Assembly: GCA_019056785.1 (NCBI GenBank)
Contig: DXJV01000059.1
Span: forward strand, 62,297 to 126,296
Direction of reading: 5' to 3'
Source: Candidatus Heimdallarchaeota archaeon
GTDB lineage: Archaea; Asgardarchaeota; Heimdallarchaeia; JABLTI01
DNA length: 64,000 nt
The notes beneath the pieces were generated by a model. The model saw only the letters and a program-made list of their open reading frames with translations, was not told the origin of the DNA and made no database searches. Both the position numbers and the translations under genes were made by a program. Positions within the stretch are counted from its first letter, which is position 1, and each line of letters opens with the position of its first letter. Shown one piece after another: positions 48,688 through 58,862 of this stretch.

Positions 48688-48688
48688 G

Positions 48689-49858
48689 TTAATCTGCAAA
48701 AATCTCAACAATGTCGCCATCTTGAAGCACGTGATTTATACCTACAGATTGTCCATCAAATTTCGCACTGGGGCCATAAATCTTTGCATTCTTAAAGTGT
48801 TCAAAGAATCGCGAGTGAATGATCTTTGCAACATCTCCTACTGTTGAACCTTTCTTAATAACAATCGGTTTTTCAGCAATAGTACCATTTGGTTCTTTAC
48901 TGCGAACTCTTATCAACCCTAGCTTAGAAAAAATCTGTTCCGGAAGTTGCTTCAAATTTTCTCCTTTTAAGGCACTAATGGGGATAATCTCAAATTGTTG
49001 CGCAAAGGTGTTTACTAGTTTTTCATAATTCTCTTTGGAGCCTGGAATGTCGCCTTTATTTGCAATTACTATGCCGTTTTTGTATACTAAACTGTAATCC
49101 AAAGCTTGAACTAAATCTGAAAGAGTCATTTTCTTCAAGATCTTGAGTGAGAAATTATACAACCCCTGGTCATTGAGGATTTCGATAATTTCTTCTCGAG
49201 TGGCATCTATCTTATCTTCACCGATTATAATTGCTCCTCCAGAGCCTGTTTTTTTCAACTCGATAGGAGGTTTTTCCTTATTAACTATGATACCACCGGT
49301 ATACAATTCTTCGATTAATAATGACATCTGTTCAACTGGATCGGAGGACAAATCAATAATAAAAAGAAGTAAATCTGCGGCGCGTATTTGCGAGAACAAT
49401 TTAGGACCATTTTTCGATTCATTTTTAATATTTTGAAAGACACTTGGCAAGTCGATTAATTGGACAATGGCTCCTTTGCAATCAAGGACGCCTGGAATAG
49501 GTTTTTCAGTGCCAAAAGGGTGAGAACTAATTTTCGTATTGGCGCCGGTAAGCTCTTTCAAGATCTGCGATTTCCCGGCGTTTGGGACACCAATAAGAAC
49601 AACTTGGGCATCTCCTTCTTTTGGAATCACCCACATTGGTCCTTTCGTAATTGCTTTTTGCCGTTGTTTTCGTTCAATCAATTCTGCCTTGAATTTTACT
49701 AATCGACTTCGCAAACGGGCGACCATTTTTTCTGTTGCCTTGTGTTTGGGGATTAAGGAAATAAATTTTTCAAGCTTAACTATCTTATCTTCAAGGGTAT
49801 TGGCTTCATTGTATTCTTGTTCTGCTAATTTAGCTTCCGGACTAAGATTAGTAGACAT
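48689..49858 (-). CDS. OBG/DRG-family GTPase with TGS domain
   Basis: IPKHKATE, GVPNAGKS, QLIDLP, ANKGD, ISA, IHS..F..AKIYG.SAKFDGQ.VG..H.L.DGD.VEI. Confidence 0.93.
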   Translation of the reverse strand: MSTNLSPEAKLAEQEYNEANTLEDKIVKLEKFISLIPKHKATEKMVARLRSRLVKFKAELIERKQRQKAITKGPMWVIPKEGDAQVVLIGVPNAGKSQILKELTGANTKISSHPFGTEKPIPGVLDCKGAIVQLIDLPSVFQNIKNESKNGPKLFSQIRAADLLLFIIDLSSDPVEQMSLLIEELYTGGIIVNKEKPPIELKKTGSGGAIIIGEDKIDATREEIIEILNDQGLYNFSLKILKKMTLSDLVQALDYSLVYKNGIVIANKGDIPGSKENYEKLVNTFAQQFEIIPISALKGENLKQLPEQIFSKLGLIRVRSKEPNGTIAEKPIVIKKGSTVGDVAKIIHSRFFEHFKNAKIYGPSAKFDGQSVGINHVLQDGDIVEIFAD

Positions 49859-49929
49859 AGCTCCGTAGTTAACTCCTGAAAGTGTTTGTCTCTTAACTTT
49901 TTAATAGAAAGAAGGATTTTTAATTGTTC

Positions 49930-49979
49930 CTTTCAACGGGAGAAAAAAAGAGGGAAAGCGAGTGCTGAAAAAAGCACTC
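49930..49979 (-). terminator. Putative terminator of the 50001-51605 gene
   Basis: Perfect 7-bp inverted repeat GAGTGCT-N6-AGCACTC at 49960-49979, followed on the - strand by a pyrimidine/T tract. Confidence 0.5.
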
Positions 49980-50000
49980 AATTAAAGATTGTCAAATAGA

Positions 50001-51605
50001 TTATTTCCTACGACTGATTAAACCAAGAGCCGCAAGGCCTAAGAGTGTGGGAATTGCAATTAACCAAGTAAAGCCTGGAATAAAGCCGCCACGAATAATG
50101 TCAGGTGGATTGTAGTCATGGTTGCGTAATTTAAAGTCAATACTAACTGAGAAATCACCCATGTCATGTCCAGTGCCATTAACATGATCGGCTGTTAAAT
50201 CGGCTTGTAATCTTATTACTGCACCAGCACCACTTTTATGATAGGCTAAGTAGGCTTGGAAATCAAAGGTAAGATGAGCTTCTTCGTCGTAAACTGCATT
50301 TATTGAGAACAGATCAGGAGAGTAGCTTGTGGTATTTATTTCCACATCTGCAGTAGCAGCGATCTTGAAGTAATAGAAACTTCGTTTGTTAACAAGCTCC
50401 GTACTAGAGGTCATGGTATTAATGGTCACTTCATCAGCGGGAATTTCAATGGCAGACATGATTTCATCAAAATATGTTCCAAATGCAGTGTTGGCGAGAA
50501 TCATAATTCCTTTGTAAATGTCCCAGTCAGGGGTAACCCATGGGGCAAATGATTCAACAAATTCCCAATCGGGTTCAATTTTGGGATATTGTTGTTCGTA
50601 ATATTTGTAGCTGAAAGGATCGCCAGATGTTTTAATTGCTGCGGCAAAAGCGTTAAAGACAACACCGCCATCAGTTTTCTCAAGTTGTTCAGTCTCAAAA
50701 TTGTAGAAGTAACTGTCGCAGAGGACAAAGTCTCCATAGATACCTTTTACCACGAATTTTGAAAAGACAACACCCTCATGGGATTCATAAGTGTTTAACG
50801 TATCTGTAATATTGGCAGTATCAATCATGGAACTAAAGTCACCGTTAGCAGTTATATCGACGTTAAAGGTGTCAAGGTAGAAACTAATGTCGTCACCAAC
50901 ATTTAAAGCTAATGGACGGTTTTCAACATGATTTAATGAGAGTTCGAAGGATAAGCCTGGAACTTCGAGGAAGGTTAAGTTATCGAGTAAAATATATTCA
51001 GCAATACCATCAGACTTACGATATTGTACTTCTGCCTCGCCATAGGCATCAGAGTAGGAAGCTTTGAAGGTTGTAGCATCATTAACATCAATAGTGAAGT
51101 TCAAATAGTCCAGTTTTGTAGCATGGTCTGCCCAGTCATCATTTACGAAGAAGATGGCAGGAGCATAATCTGAGTCATTGAAATGGGGAATGCTTTTAAT
51201 CATAGGTCCTGGAGTAGCAGCACCCTTGGGAATAACAACATTAATGGCATCGACGCCTTCACCGATAGTGAAGGTTTCATCTTGTTCGAAAATCAATCCT
51301 ATTGTGTACCAAACGACTGTGCCGATTACTCCGCTATCAAACTCGTGGTCAGTTTCCACATGGTTGACTTTTACATATAAAGAATTACCAGCGAGATCAG
51401 GGAGTGTAACATTGGGAATGTCGGGGAAAGTTGCTTGAAGAATATCATAGTAAAGCGTTGCACCTTCGGGGACCAAAAAATCGCTGTCAAAATCTTGAGG
51501 AGCAACAACAACTGGTTCATTAACCGGTGTTGTTCCCACAACAGCTAATATTGGAGAGAATATTAGCATTAAGCTTAGGATTAAAATAGTATTTTTCACC
51601 CTCAA
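50001..51605 (-). CDS. Secreted acidic surface protein with a PGF-type C-terminal sorting signal
   Basis: Signal peptide; two similar acidic halves; ends GFIPGFTWLIAIPTLLGLAALGLISRRK (PGF motif, TM, basic tail). Confidence 0.82.
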   Translation of the reverse strand: MRVKNTILILSLMLIFSPILAVVGTTPVNEPVVVAPQDFDSDFLVPEGATLYYDILQATFPDIPNVTLPDLAGNSLYVKVNHVETDHEFDSGVIGTVVWYTIGLIFEQDETFTIGEGVDAINVVIPKGAATPGPMIKSIPHFNDSDYAPAIFFVNDDWADHATKLDYLNFTIDVNDATTFKASYSDAYGEAEVQYRKSDGIAEYILLDNLTFLEVPGLSFELSLNHVENRPLALNVGDDISFYLDTFNVDITANGDFSSMIDTANITDTLNTYESHEGVVFSKFVVKGIYGDFVLCDSYFYNFETEQLEKTDGGVVFNAFAAAIKTSGDPFSYKYYEQQYPKIEPDWEFVESFAPWVTPDWDIYKGIMILANTAFGTYFDEIMSAIEIPADEVTINTMTSSTELVNKRSFYYFKIAATADVEINTTSYSPDLFSINAVYDEEAHLTFDFQAYLAYHKSGAGAVIRLQADLTADHVNGTGHDMGDFSVSIDFKLRNHDYNPPDIIRGGFIPGFTWLIAIPTLLGLAALGLISRRK

Positions 51606-51836
51606 AATATTTCACCATTTTTTAGTGATTCTGTATTTTTTTTGTTATATATACAATAACCGTTATTCTATTATATAATGTTATTGTTTTCGCCATAAGA
51701 ATGATTATCGGCTAGTGATTAATCATTCTTGATTAACAAATCCATTAAGAAAAAAAGAGACTGTTCTTTTTCTAAGAAAAACACTTTTATGAAGGGTTTT
51801 TTCCTCTTTGCCAGGTTCTTCTATATTATGGATCAG

Positions 51837-52509
51837 TTAGATGCTCTTTTTCTCTCTCCTTTTAACGAAGTCCCAAAAGTTCAAGTCTTGAATACTAACA
51901 AGATAAAGTAACAAACTGATCGTCGCTACAAGAAAGAGAATATTGTTTAATAGCCACAAAAAAGCAATAACTATAAAGAATATGGCCCGGATGCCAATCA
52001 TCCACGAACGCTGGGATAGCCGGAAAATGTTCTTAATATAATTAATAGTATCCTTCCCACTCTCCTCCGGTTGAATGTCGCTTGTAAGCAAATAAGAGAG
52101 GTTTGCTAACATGCGATTAGCATTCACAAAACTAAACAAGGCAATGATGATAATTAATATTAGCATTGCCATCTGAGCGAATCCGACAGTTAATAATGAA
52201 CTTATTTCCCATAAAAAAAACGATCATTGTCTGTGAAAATGTTCGAAGAAAAACCTACAATCAAACCGATAAGAGCGAGAAGGCCAGAAATAAAAGCACT
52301 ATTAATCAAAATATGATTTCATAAAGCGTGTTGGACTGTTGCAGCATTACTTTTTTGCAAATTGAATTCAATCCAATTCTTGAGAATTTTATGCCGTAAG
52401 CTTTTCTTTGTTTTCTCTCTTCGCAGGTTAAGGAGAATAAGGAAAGCAGTGATAGGAGAAAGGCACTAATGAAGATAAAAAAAGCTACTTCATCTAACAT
52501 TTTAACCAA
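51837..52509 (-). pseudogene. DUF599-family membrane protein, disrupted
   Basis: Three frames stitch into one DUF599-like protein: ...KNWIEF...VQHAL*NHILINSAFISG... / ...FSFVNANRML...WMIGIRAIFF...LW. Two frameshifts and an in-frame TGA at 52319-52321. Confidence 0.7.
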
Positions 52510-52650
52510 CTCTGGAGTTATTGGTAATGGTAGCCTTAGTTCCAGTCAATAAAACTATCGGGAAAAAAGTAAAGTTTTCGTCTTATTTTCTTTAATTTTT
52601 CATTAACAACTTTTTTTAAAGAAAAAACGTTTAATCAATATAATGATGAA

Positions 52651-53157
52651 ATGCAAAGAAGGATGATGCAAAAAATGATAGATGAAAAAGAATTGCTAGC
52701 ATTTTTAGAAGAGCAAATTAAGCTCGAAGATGAAATTGTAGATATTTCGAATAAAAGTGTGGAAGACATAAATAATATTCTTGTTCGTGAGTTGATTCGG
52801 GGTATTGCCATGGATTCTAAAAAGCATGCCTTATTATTGACTGCACTTAAAGGGATGCTTGTCGGACCGACGCCACTCATTGAAGCAGAAGATTTTAACG
52901 AGATTAAAAAGACAATCGAAAAACATATCGAATTAGAAGCAAAAGCCATCGAAACCTATCAGGAGCTCCTCGATAAATATCCTGATGATTCACGGGTTCA
53001 AATGGTTATTAGTGAGATACGTAAGGACGAACTTAGACACCATAGCTTTTTGAGACGTTTATTACAAGCCATTATTGATAAAGAAACTTTAACACAAGAG
53101 TTGTTAGAAGATTGGCTCTATAAATTCTCTCCCTTCCATGGAACACCTGGCGGATAA
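52651..53157 (+). CDS. Ferritin-like (rubrerythrin-type four-helix) protein
   Basis: Duplicated E...(D/E)xxH motifs: LEDE...DSKKH and LEAKAI...DELRH. Start may be 52675. Confidence 0.8.
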   Translation: MQRRMMQKMIDEKELLAFLEEQIKLEDEIVDISNKSVEDINNILVRELIRGIAMDSKKHALLLTALKGMLVGPTPLIEAEDFNEIKKTIEKHIELEAKAIETYQELLDKYPDDSRVQMVISEIRKDELRHHSFLRRLLQAIIDKETLTQELLEDWLYKFSPFHGTPGG

Positions 53158-53208
53158 AAAAAGAGAGAAAAAGAGCGTAAGAAAAGTTAACTTTTGAAAA
53201 ATCAGTGC

Positions 53209-54170
53209 CTAGAAGAATTTCTGGGCGAATTTTTCCGGATCAGAACTCAATTTAATCGCTGCGCTTTTATCAGTCTGGTCATGCTCCTTGGAGAGGTAAT
53301 AGATACGCTTCTTGAACCATTTGTAAGTGTTTACTTTATTGAAGGAGACACAAGGTTGAAGAATATAGAGCAAAGCATACCCTTTTGTGTTTCATTGCTT
53401 TTTTCATCATTGTTTTCATATGTTCTTGATCTCCAGCGAATGTTCGTGCAACAAAAGATGCTCCAAGTCCAATCGCTATTGCCAGTGGGTTAAAAGGATC
53501 GAGTATTACCCCATCTACTTGAACGGGTGTCATAAATCCGGGGCGTGAAGTTGGAGATGCTTGCCCCTTCGTTAACCCATAAACAAAATTATCGTGAATG
53601 ATATTAGTGATGTTAGGATTTCTTCTAATAGTGTGGATAAAGTGGTTTCCTCCTTCTCCAAACATACAACCATCGCCACTTTCGAGCAAAACGTTTCTGA
53701 AGATAGTCTTTTGCAATAGTATCATCAATATCGAATAAATGCGCAATGACACCTGCAGCAACGACATTGGAATAAATTTTGTTCCCAATTTCCTCTGCAA
53801 CTTGTGTCCAAGGAACCTCGATAATTTTTGCTTCGGGAAGAGTCAGGTTAGTATGAATGTTTTCAAGCTAGCCAATAATAATAATCTCTTTTGAAATGCG
53901 TTTTTTGTTAGTGAGCAATAGCAGTTTTTTTTAAAGGAATGAAGAGATCAATTTGGTCAATAAAAGCACGAACCCGCTCAGAGGAGATACGAAGCTCCGT
54001 TGAGTTTGTCCCCCACGAACTCGAGACATGTATTCTTTTGTAGCAGCAATGTAGTAGCCAGCTTGATGAAAAACATGTGTTAAAAACTGTTCGACCGTTT
54101 TAATTCCTTGCCCGGCTACAGGTACAAAGAACAATAGAAAGATCTTGTTTTTGATTGTAGAAAAAGTCAT
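53209..54170 (-). pseudogene. 2-oxoacid:ferredoxin oxidoreductase alpha (N-terminal) plus beta (C-terminal) remnant fused by deletion
   Basis: Alpha motifs DLSIVLC / AGQGIKTVE / [10 protein letters not shown] / NSTELRIS / YSNVVAAG with frameshifts and stops. They abut beta motifs [17 protein letters not shown] / [12 protein letters not shown] / FVAR / [10 protein letters not shown] at about 53683. Confidence 0.88.
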
Positions 54171-54375
54171 AGCTAAAGATACGCGGAAATTTATATAACC
54201 TTTCTGCTTAAGAAAGAAAAAGAGAAAAGAAGTGCTGGCTTACGAATGAAAAGAAGCACGAAATAAAGGTTCTTTATACCGAAAGTTAGAAAATAAAAAA
54301 AAGTCCACTCTTTCTTTAAAGCATCAATACTTTTATTAAGAAAGTTAAAGTTGACTTTTTTTTGGGCGATGAATT

Positions 54376-55311
54376 ATGACTGTTGAAATTACTGATTTAA
54401 GGGACAATAAAGCTCTGGACACACTTCCTGAAAGAAGCAATGGGCCTTTAGAGATAGTTGTTACCGAACCAAGACGGGAAGAGCTGCGACAACTGGGAGA
54501 AAAACTGGCAATTCCATTTGAGGAACTAGAAGACGCTTTAGATGAAGACGAACGCCCCCGTATCGAAGAGATTGAAGGGTATTTGAAAATCATTTTTCGA
54601 GTTCCAATCACTTTTGAAGATGGGGAAGTCACAGAAGCAACTACCACACCAGTTTTCGTTTTCCTCTCAAAGGATGTCATTATTAGAGTCTTACTTCGAA
54701 AAATGTCCTTCAAAAAATTGCGGCAAAGTAAGATGAATGAAGTACAAAGAACCCCATTAGTGGCTTTTTTTGAGTTTTTACAACAAATCATAAGATCGTT
54801 TGAGCATCGACTTGATATTCTGGACCACAAAATTCACGAAGCTGAACTTAATATCCTGAAGACAATTAAACCGAAATCTATTTGGCAAGTATTTCGACTC
54901 TCAAAAGATGCCATTTACTTAGAGGCAAGCCTTAAAGGGAACATTCGAGTCTTTAACCGTCTCAAATATGTCAAGACGCAACAACTTTTCACAAACTCAC
55001 TCGACCAACTTGAAGATCTGACCATTGATTTAGACCAACAAGTGGAATTAATTATGATCTACCGGGAGCTGCTGGAAAATAGTTTGGATGCTTATGCTTC
55101 AGTTATTTCAAACAACCAAAATGATTTGATTAAAATCCTTACTAGCATTTCTTTAATTCTCATGGTTCCAACACTTATCGCCAGTTTTTATGGAATGAAC
55201 ATTGCCCTTCCATTTGCAAGCTCACAATATGCCTTTTGGATTATTTTGGCCATAAGTACCTTCTTCACAGTATTACTTTATGTGTTCTTCAAAGTCATAG
55301 ATTGGGTTTAG
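54376..55311 (+). CDS. corA: CorA family Mg2+/Co2+ transporter
   Basis: DALDEDERPRIE, SVISNNQN...KILT, PTLIASFYGMN signature, two C-terminal TMs. Confidence 0.93.
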   Translation: MTVEITDLRDNKALDTLPERSNGPLEIVVTEPRREELRQLGEKLAIPFEELEDALDEDERPRIEEIEGYLKIIFRVPITFEDGEVTEATTTPVFVFLSKDVIIRVLLRKMSFKKLRQSKMNEVQRTPLVAFFEFLQQIIRSFEHRLDILDHKIHEAELNILKTIKPKSIWQVFRLSKDAIYLEASLKGNIRVFNRLKYVKTQQLFTNSLDQLEDLTIDLDQQVELIMIYRELLENSLDAYASVISNNQNDLIKILTSISLILMVPTLIASFYGMNIALPFASSQYAFWIILAISTFFTVLLYVFFKVIDWV

Positions 55312-55408
55312 TGAAAAGCTCATCCCTTTTCTTAGTAAAGAGAAAAGGAAAGAGAGCAAAAGCTCACAGAGAAAAATAAAATAATCATAGAATAAAAGGA
55401 AGGAAACC

Positions 55409-56191
55409 TTACTTAGGGTTATTATTATAAAAGTCATCTAACGTGTGAGACATGTTCAGAGTAGCTTTTGAGGGGAAAATTTCTTGCCAAAAAACAACGA
55501 CAGGCTTAAAATCATAAGTTCGTAAAAGGCTTAAAACCTTCTCACTGAATCCGGCGGCAACAAGCACACCTCTAACTGAGACCTTTTCGACATCCTGAAA
55601 GTAGTCAACATAGCGTTTTAATTGGTGAGCATCAGCTGGAGTGGCGCTCTGCTTTTTTACTTCAACAATGATAATATTCCCATGCTTGTCCACACCACGA
55701 AGATCAATAAAACCAAAAGGGGTTTCATATTCACGTGTTGTTGGCTGGAAATCCGGGCCAATAATTTCAGGATGGTCAAATAAATAGTCAGAGAGGTCAC
55801 TTTCAGAACCAAAGATATTTAAAGTGGCGGAATCGTGGTCGTCAAAAGTCGTTGTTTGATAAACTCGAGTAAATAATATTTCAAGGGTCTCTTTGGTTTT
55901 TGGCCGAAATGTTGAAACAACGAGCGTGGAACCTTTTGCAGAATAATTAATCTTCCCAGCGCCACTTTTTTGCCAGTTAAGGGGTTTCACTCCTTTTGAA
56001 CCATGAAGAATTAACGATTCATCTTTTTTGACAATTAGAAGCCTGTCACCACCCGGGAGAAAGGATTTAATTCTACCATCAAAAATGGCTTTGCAAAAGC
56101 CAAAAATAACAATTGTTTTCTTGCAAGATTCTTCGGAAAGTTGTTGAGCAAGTTCTTTTGCTGTGCCCTTAAGATTAATCGTTCGTTTCAT
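55409..56191 (-). CDS. nucS: Endonuclease NucS (EndoMS)
   Basis: GR..S.L..GDRL.IVK.D.S...H......PLNWQ, SESDL, REY.T..G.IDL.G.D, VEVK, QLKRYV, VRGVLVA. Confidence 0.93.
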   Translation of the reverse strand: MKRTINLKGTAKELAQQLSEESCKKTIVIFGFCKAIFDGRIKSFLPGGDRLLIVKKDESLILHGSKGVKPLNWQKSGAGKINYSAKGSTLVVSTFRPKTKETLEILFTRVYQTTTFDDHDSATLNIFGSESDLSDYLFDHPEIIGPDFQPTTREYETPFGFIDLRGVDKHGNIIIVEVKKQSATPADAHQLKRYVDYFQDVEKVSVRGVLVAAGFSEKVLSLLRTYDFKPVVVFWQEIFPSKATLNMSHTLDDFYNNNPK

Positions 56192-56277
56192 CGGTAACGC
56201 CGGACAAGTCTATTCTCATAGAAATTGCTCATAGGAATTTATTAATTAGCTGTTAATAAATGAATTAGACTCCACTA

Positions 56278-57285
56278 CTATTCTTGTAAGAGTTTTTGTA
56301 ATTGCTTTTGCAATATGACATGAGAATCTTTTGTAGGATGGAAGAAGAGCCAACCAATGGAAACTGTTTCAATTAAGGAAAAAATATCAAAGATTTTTCG
56401 CTCAAGAGGAAAGTTTGTCAGTGAAAAGTTTTCATCTTCAGCATAAACGGCATAGAAGGTTTTCTTGAGTTCAGGTTCGCAGAGCCACCCATCTTCAATA
56501 GCAAAGAGGTCGAAGAGTGGGTCGCCAGCAAAAGCCCATTCAAAGTCGATAAGTGCTTGTATTTTTTGGCTATCATTGGAAGCAACAAGGATATTGGTCA
56601 AATTGAGATCTGCGTGGACCAGCTGTGGTTGTTCAGAAAAGTTTGTTTCTCGCAGTTTATCTTCGAAAAATAGCTGTATGTCTGTGAGTAATTTAGGTGG
56701 AAATATCCGCCTTTTCCCCAAAAGAAGAATATCACGATGGAGATTGGCTTTTAAAAAACTTTGAAACGAATAAAACCGTCGGGGACAGTCATAGTCTTCT
56801 ATCTCGCCAAACATATCGAAAGTAAGGCTGTGAAGGTTCTTGAGAATACGGGCAAGCTCTCTAACTAATGACAGTTTTACCTCTTTGGTTAAGTCGTGCC
56901 AACAACTAGCTAAGGGAATACCATCAATATATTCGAAAACAATGAATTTATAACCGGCTCTTTCCTCACTTCTCTCGAGGTGAACGACTTTTTGAAGGGG
57001 GATAATGCCCTTTACATCGTTGGCTTTTTGTGCAAGTTCATTTTTTTGTTGAAGGCGCGCTATAAGGGCAACTTCTTTTTCAAAACGAAAATAATCACTT
57101 TTAACACGGGGCGGTCTTGTGAGAATTTTGAGAAGGTACTTTTTATTACCAATTTGAAAAGAAAACAAATCATTGACTGTTTTAGCTCCTTCCCGTGAAA
57201 AACGGATGCCTTGATCAACCTCAAAAAGTCCTCGCAGCACAGGTTCTATCTTGATGATGAGGTTATGATAGTTGTTGGATGGCAA
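56278..57285 (-). CDS. Aminoglycoside phosphotransferase / choline-kinase-like family protein
   Basis: YLLKI, KEV, LVHADLNLTNILV (Brenner motif), LIDFEWA..GDPLFDL. Confidence 0.85.
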   Translation of the reverse strand: MPSNNYHNLIIKIEPVLRGLFEVDQGIRFSREGAKTVNDLFSFQIGNKKYLLKILTRPPRVKSDYFRFEKEVALIARLQQKNELAQKANDVKGIIPLQKVVHLERSEERAGYKFIVFEYIDGIPLASCWHDLTKEVKLSLVRELARILKNLHSLTFDMFGEIEDYDCPRRFYSFQSFLKANLHRDILLLGKRRIFPPKLLTDIQLFFEDKLRETNFSEQPQLVHADLNLTNILVASNDSQKIQALIDFEWAFAGDPLFDLFAIEDGWLCEPELKKTFYAVYAEDENFSLTNFPLERKIFDIFSLIETVSIGWLFFHPTKDSHVILQKQLQKLLQE

Positions 57286-57405
57286 TACTCACACCTGATA
57301 AGGAAATCTTTCGTATTAGGACTAGTTAAGACTAATTTATTAAGATGTTTTATTAATAGGTATTTACAAGTTAAAAGAAGAAAAAGCATTGCGGAAGCAG
57401 AACAA

Positions 57406-58227
57406 ATGAACCTTGGCATATCACTTTTACCCAATTTTTTAGATATTTCTTCAATAGAGTCCTTCTTTAATTTTGCTCAGGAAATGGCTGTACAAACAGT
57501 GGAGCTAATAACAGAACCACCATGGTGCTGCCTTGCAGAGCTTTCTCCAGAAAAGCGAAAACATATTAAAGATTTGGCAAAAGAACGAGGTCTAAGTTTG
57601 ACAGTGCATTCTTGTTTTTCGGATATAAATATTGCAGCGCTAAACCCAACTATCCGGAGTGCTTGTCTAGACATCGTTAAAAGTAGTATTGCTTTTAGTG
57701 CGGAAATAGGTGCAAAAGTAGTAACAATCCATCCCGGAGCTTTTGGAGCAAATGGGATCGCTTTCCCTGAGAAAACAAAAATCTACAATTTCAAAGCCGT
57801 ACAGGAGTTGGCGGCTTTTTCTGCAAAGAAAAAAATTCAATTAGGCTACGAAAACTTTCCGATCGTTCCTTGGCAGTTGTTTGATGAGAGCTTTAAGCCC
57901 AAAGAGATTCAGGAGTTTGTGGAACGAATAAATAATAATGCTTTGGGAATTACTTGGGACGTTGGCCATTCCAATACAACGAATATCCCCATGGAAGAGT
58001 TCTTTAAACATTTCAAAAACCATCTTGTAAATATACATCTCCATGATAATAAGGGCGGTGGAGAAGGATGGTTGGACCAGCATTTAGCAGTGGGAGAGGG
58101 AACGACACCCTGGGAAAAATTCTTCGATTTAATGTCAACAATAGACTATCAGAAAGCATTGATTCTTGAGTTAAATTCAAAGAAAAAAATCATTTCGAGC
58201 ATTGATTATCTACAGCGATTTCTTTAA
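57406..58227 (+). CDS. Sugar phosphate isomerase/epimerase (xylose-isomerase-like / AP endonuclease 2 TIM barrel)
   Basis: TVHS.FSDINIA, TIHPG, GYEN, TWDVGH, IHLHDN, DQHL..GEG, ILE. Likely start ATG 57406; the longer ORF-track start overlaps the neighbouring gene. Confidence 0.88.
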   Translation: MNLGISLLPNFLDISSIESFFNFAQEMAVQTVELITEPPWCCLAELSPEKRKHIKDLAKERGLSLTVHSCFSDINIAALNPTIRSACLDIVKSSIAFSAEIGAKVVTIHPGAFGANGIAFPEKTKIYNFKAVQELAAFSAKKKIQLGYENFPIVPWQLFDESFKPKEIQEFVERINNNALGITWDVGHSNTTNIPMEEFFKHFKNHLVNIHLHDNKGGGEGWLDQHLAVGEGTTPWEKFFDLMSTIDYQKALILELNSKKKIISSIDYLQRFL

Positions 58228-58230
58228 ACG

Positions 58231-58677
58231 TTATTTAGACTGTTCTTTCATAAATTTACGAAATCGTTCCAATATGTCTTTTTGTTCCTCTGTCTGCAAG
58301 AAATTGATGAAAAGTCCGAGTTTTTCAATTGTTTCTTTCGTTAAATTGTGTTCCATAACACAGCAATCGAGATTGGCATTTTCTGGTTTTACACCTATTA
58401 ATAGGAGAAATACCAGAAGAATTTCATGCTTGTTTTTAACTTTCTGAGCTATTTCTTTTCCTTTTGGTGTGAGAGAAATTGTGCCATATTTTTCCGAGTT
58501 AACAAAACCCATTTTCTTTAATTTGGCGATCATTTCTGTGACACTTGCCTTGCTAATATTATGGAACTCGGCGATTTCGGTAACCTTGGCATAATCTTTT
58601 TTCTCACTAAGTACTAGAATTGTCTCGAGGTAATCTTCAATAGTTGAGGTTATGTTATGTTCAGTTTTATCTGTCAT
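58231..58677 (-). CDS. DtxR/MntR family metal-dependent transcriptional regulator
   Basis: EDYLETI, EIA....ISKASVTEM..KL...G, LT.KG..IA..V..KHE, DCCVMEH. Confidence 0.93.
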   Translation of the reverse strand: MTDKTEHNITSTIEDYLETILVLSEKKDYAKVTEIAEFHNISKASVTEMIAKLKKMGFVNSEKYGTISLTPKGKEIAQKVKNKHEILLVFLLLIGVKPENANLDCCVMEHNLTKETIEKLGLFINFLQTEEQKDILERFRKFMKEQSK

Positions 58678-58862
58678 TGGCGGTATATCCCCAGATAATC
58701 ATTTAAACTACGGTATACTAACTATTAAGGCTTTTTTTTTGCTGGAATTTTTTTGAGGGGATGATTCGCACTAATTGAAAGTTAATAATAAAACTTTTAG
58801 CAAAGGAGCCTTTCCAATGATATTAGAAAAACGCATAAAAAGAATTTTACAGGCGAGTAAAA

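Noticed and set aside
52319-52321. In-frame TGA as possible selenocysteine
   Set aside because: The position corresponds to Arg rather than Cys in the DUF599 motif, and the gene also has frameshifts; simple decay is more likely.
57211-57405. N-terminal extension of the TIM-barrel ORF
   Set aside because: It overlaps the divergent kinase gene start and looks like AT-rich promoter sequence; ATG 57406 is preferred.
58703-58725. Possible DtxR/MntR autoregulatory operator around GGTATACTAA
   Set aside because: The palindrome is too imperfect to support from sequence alone.
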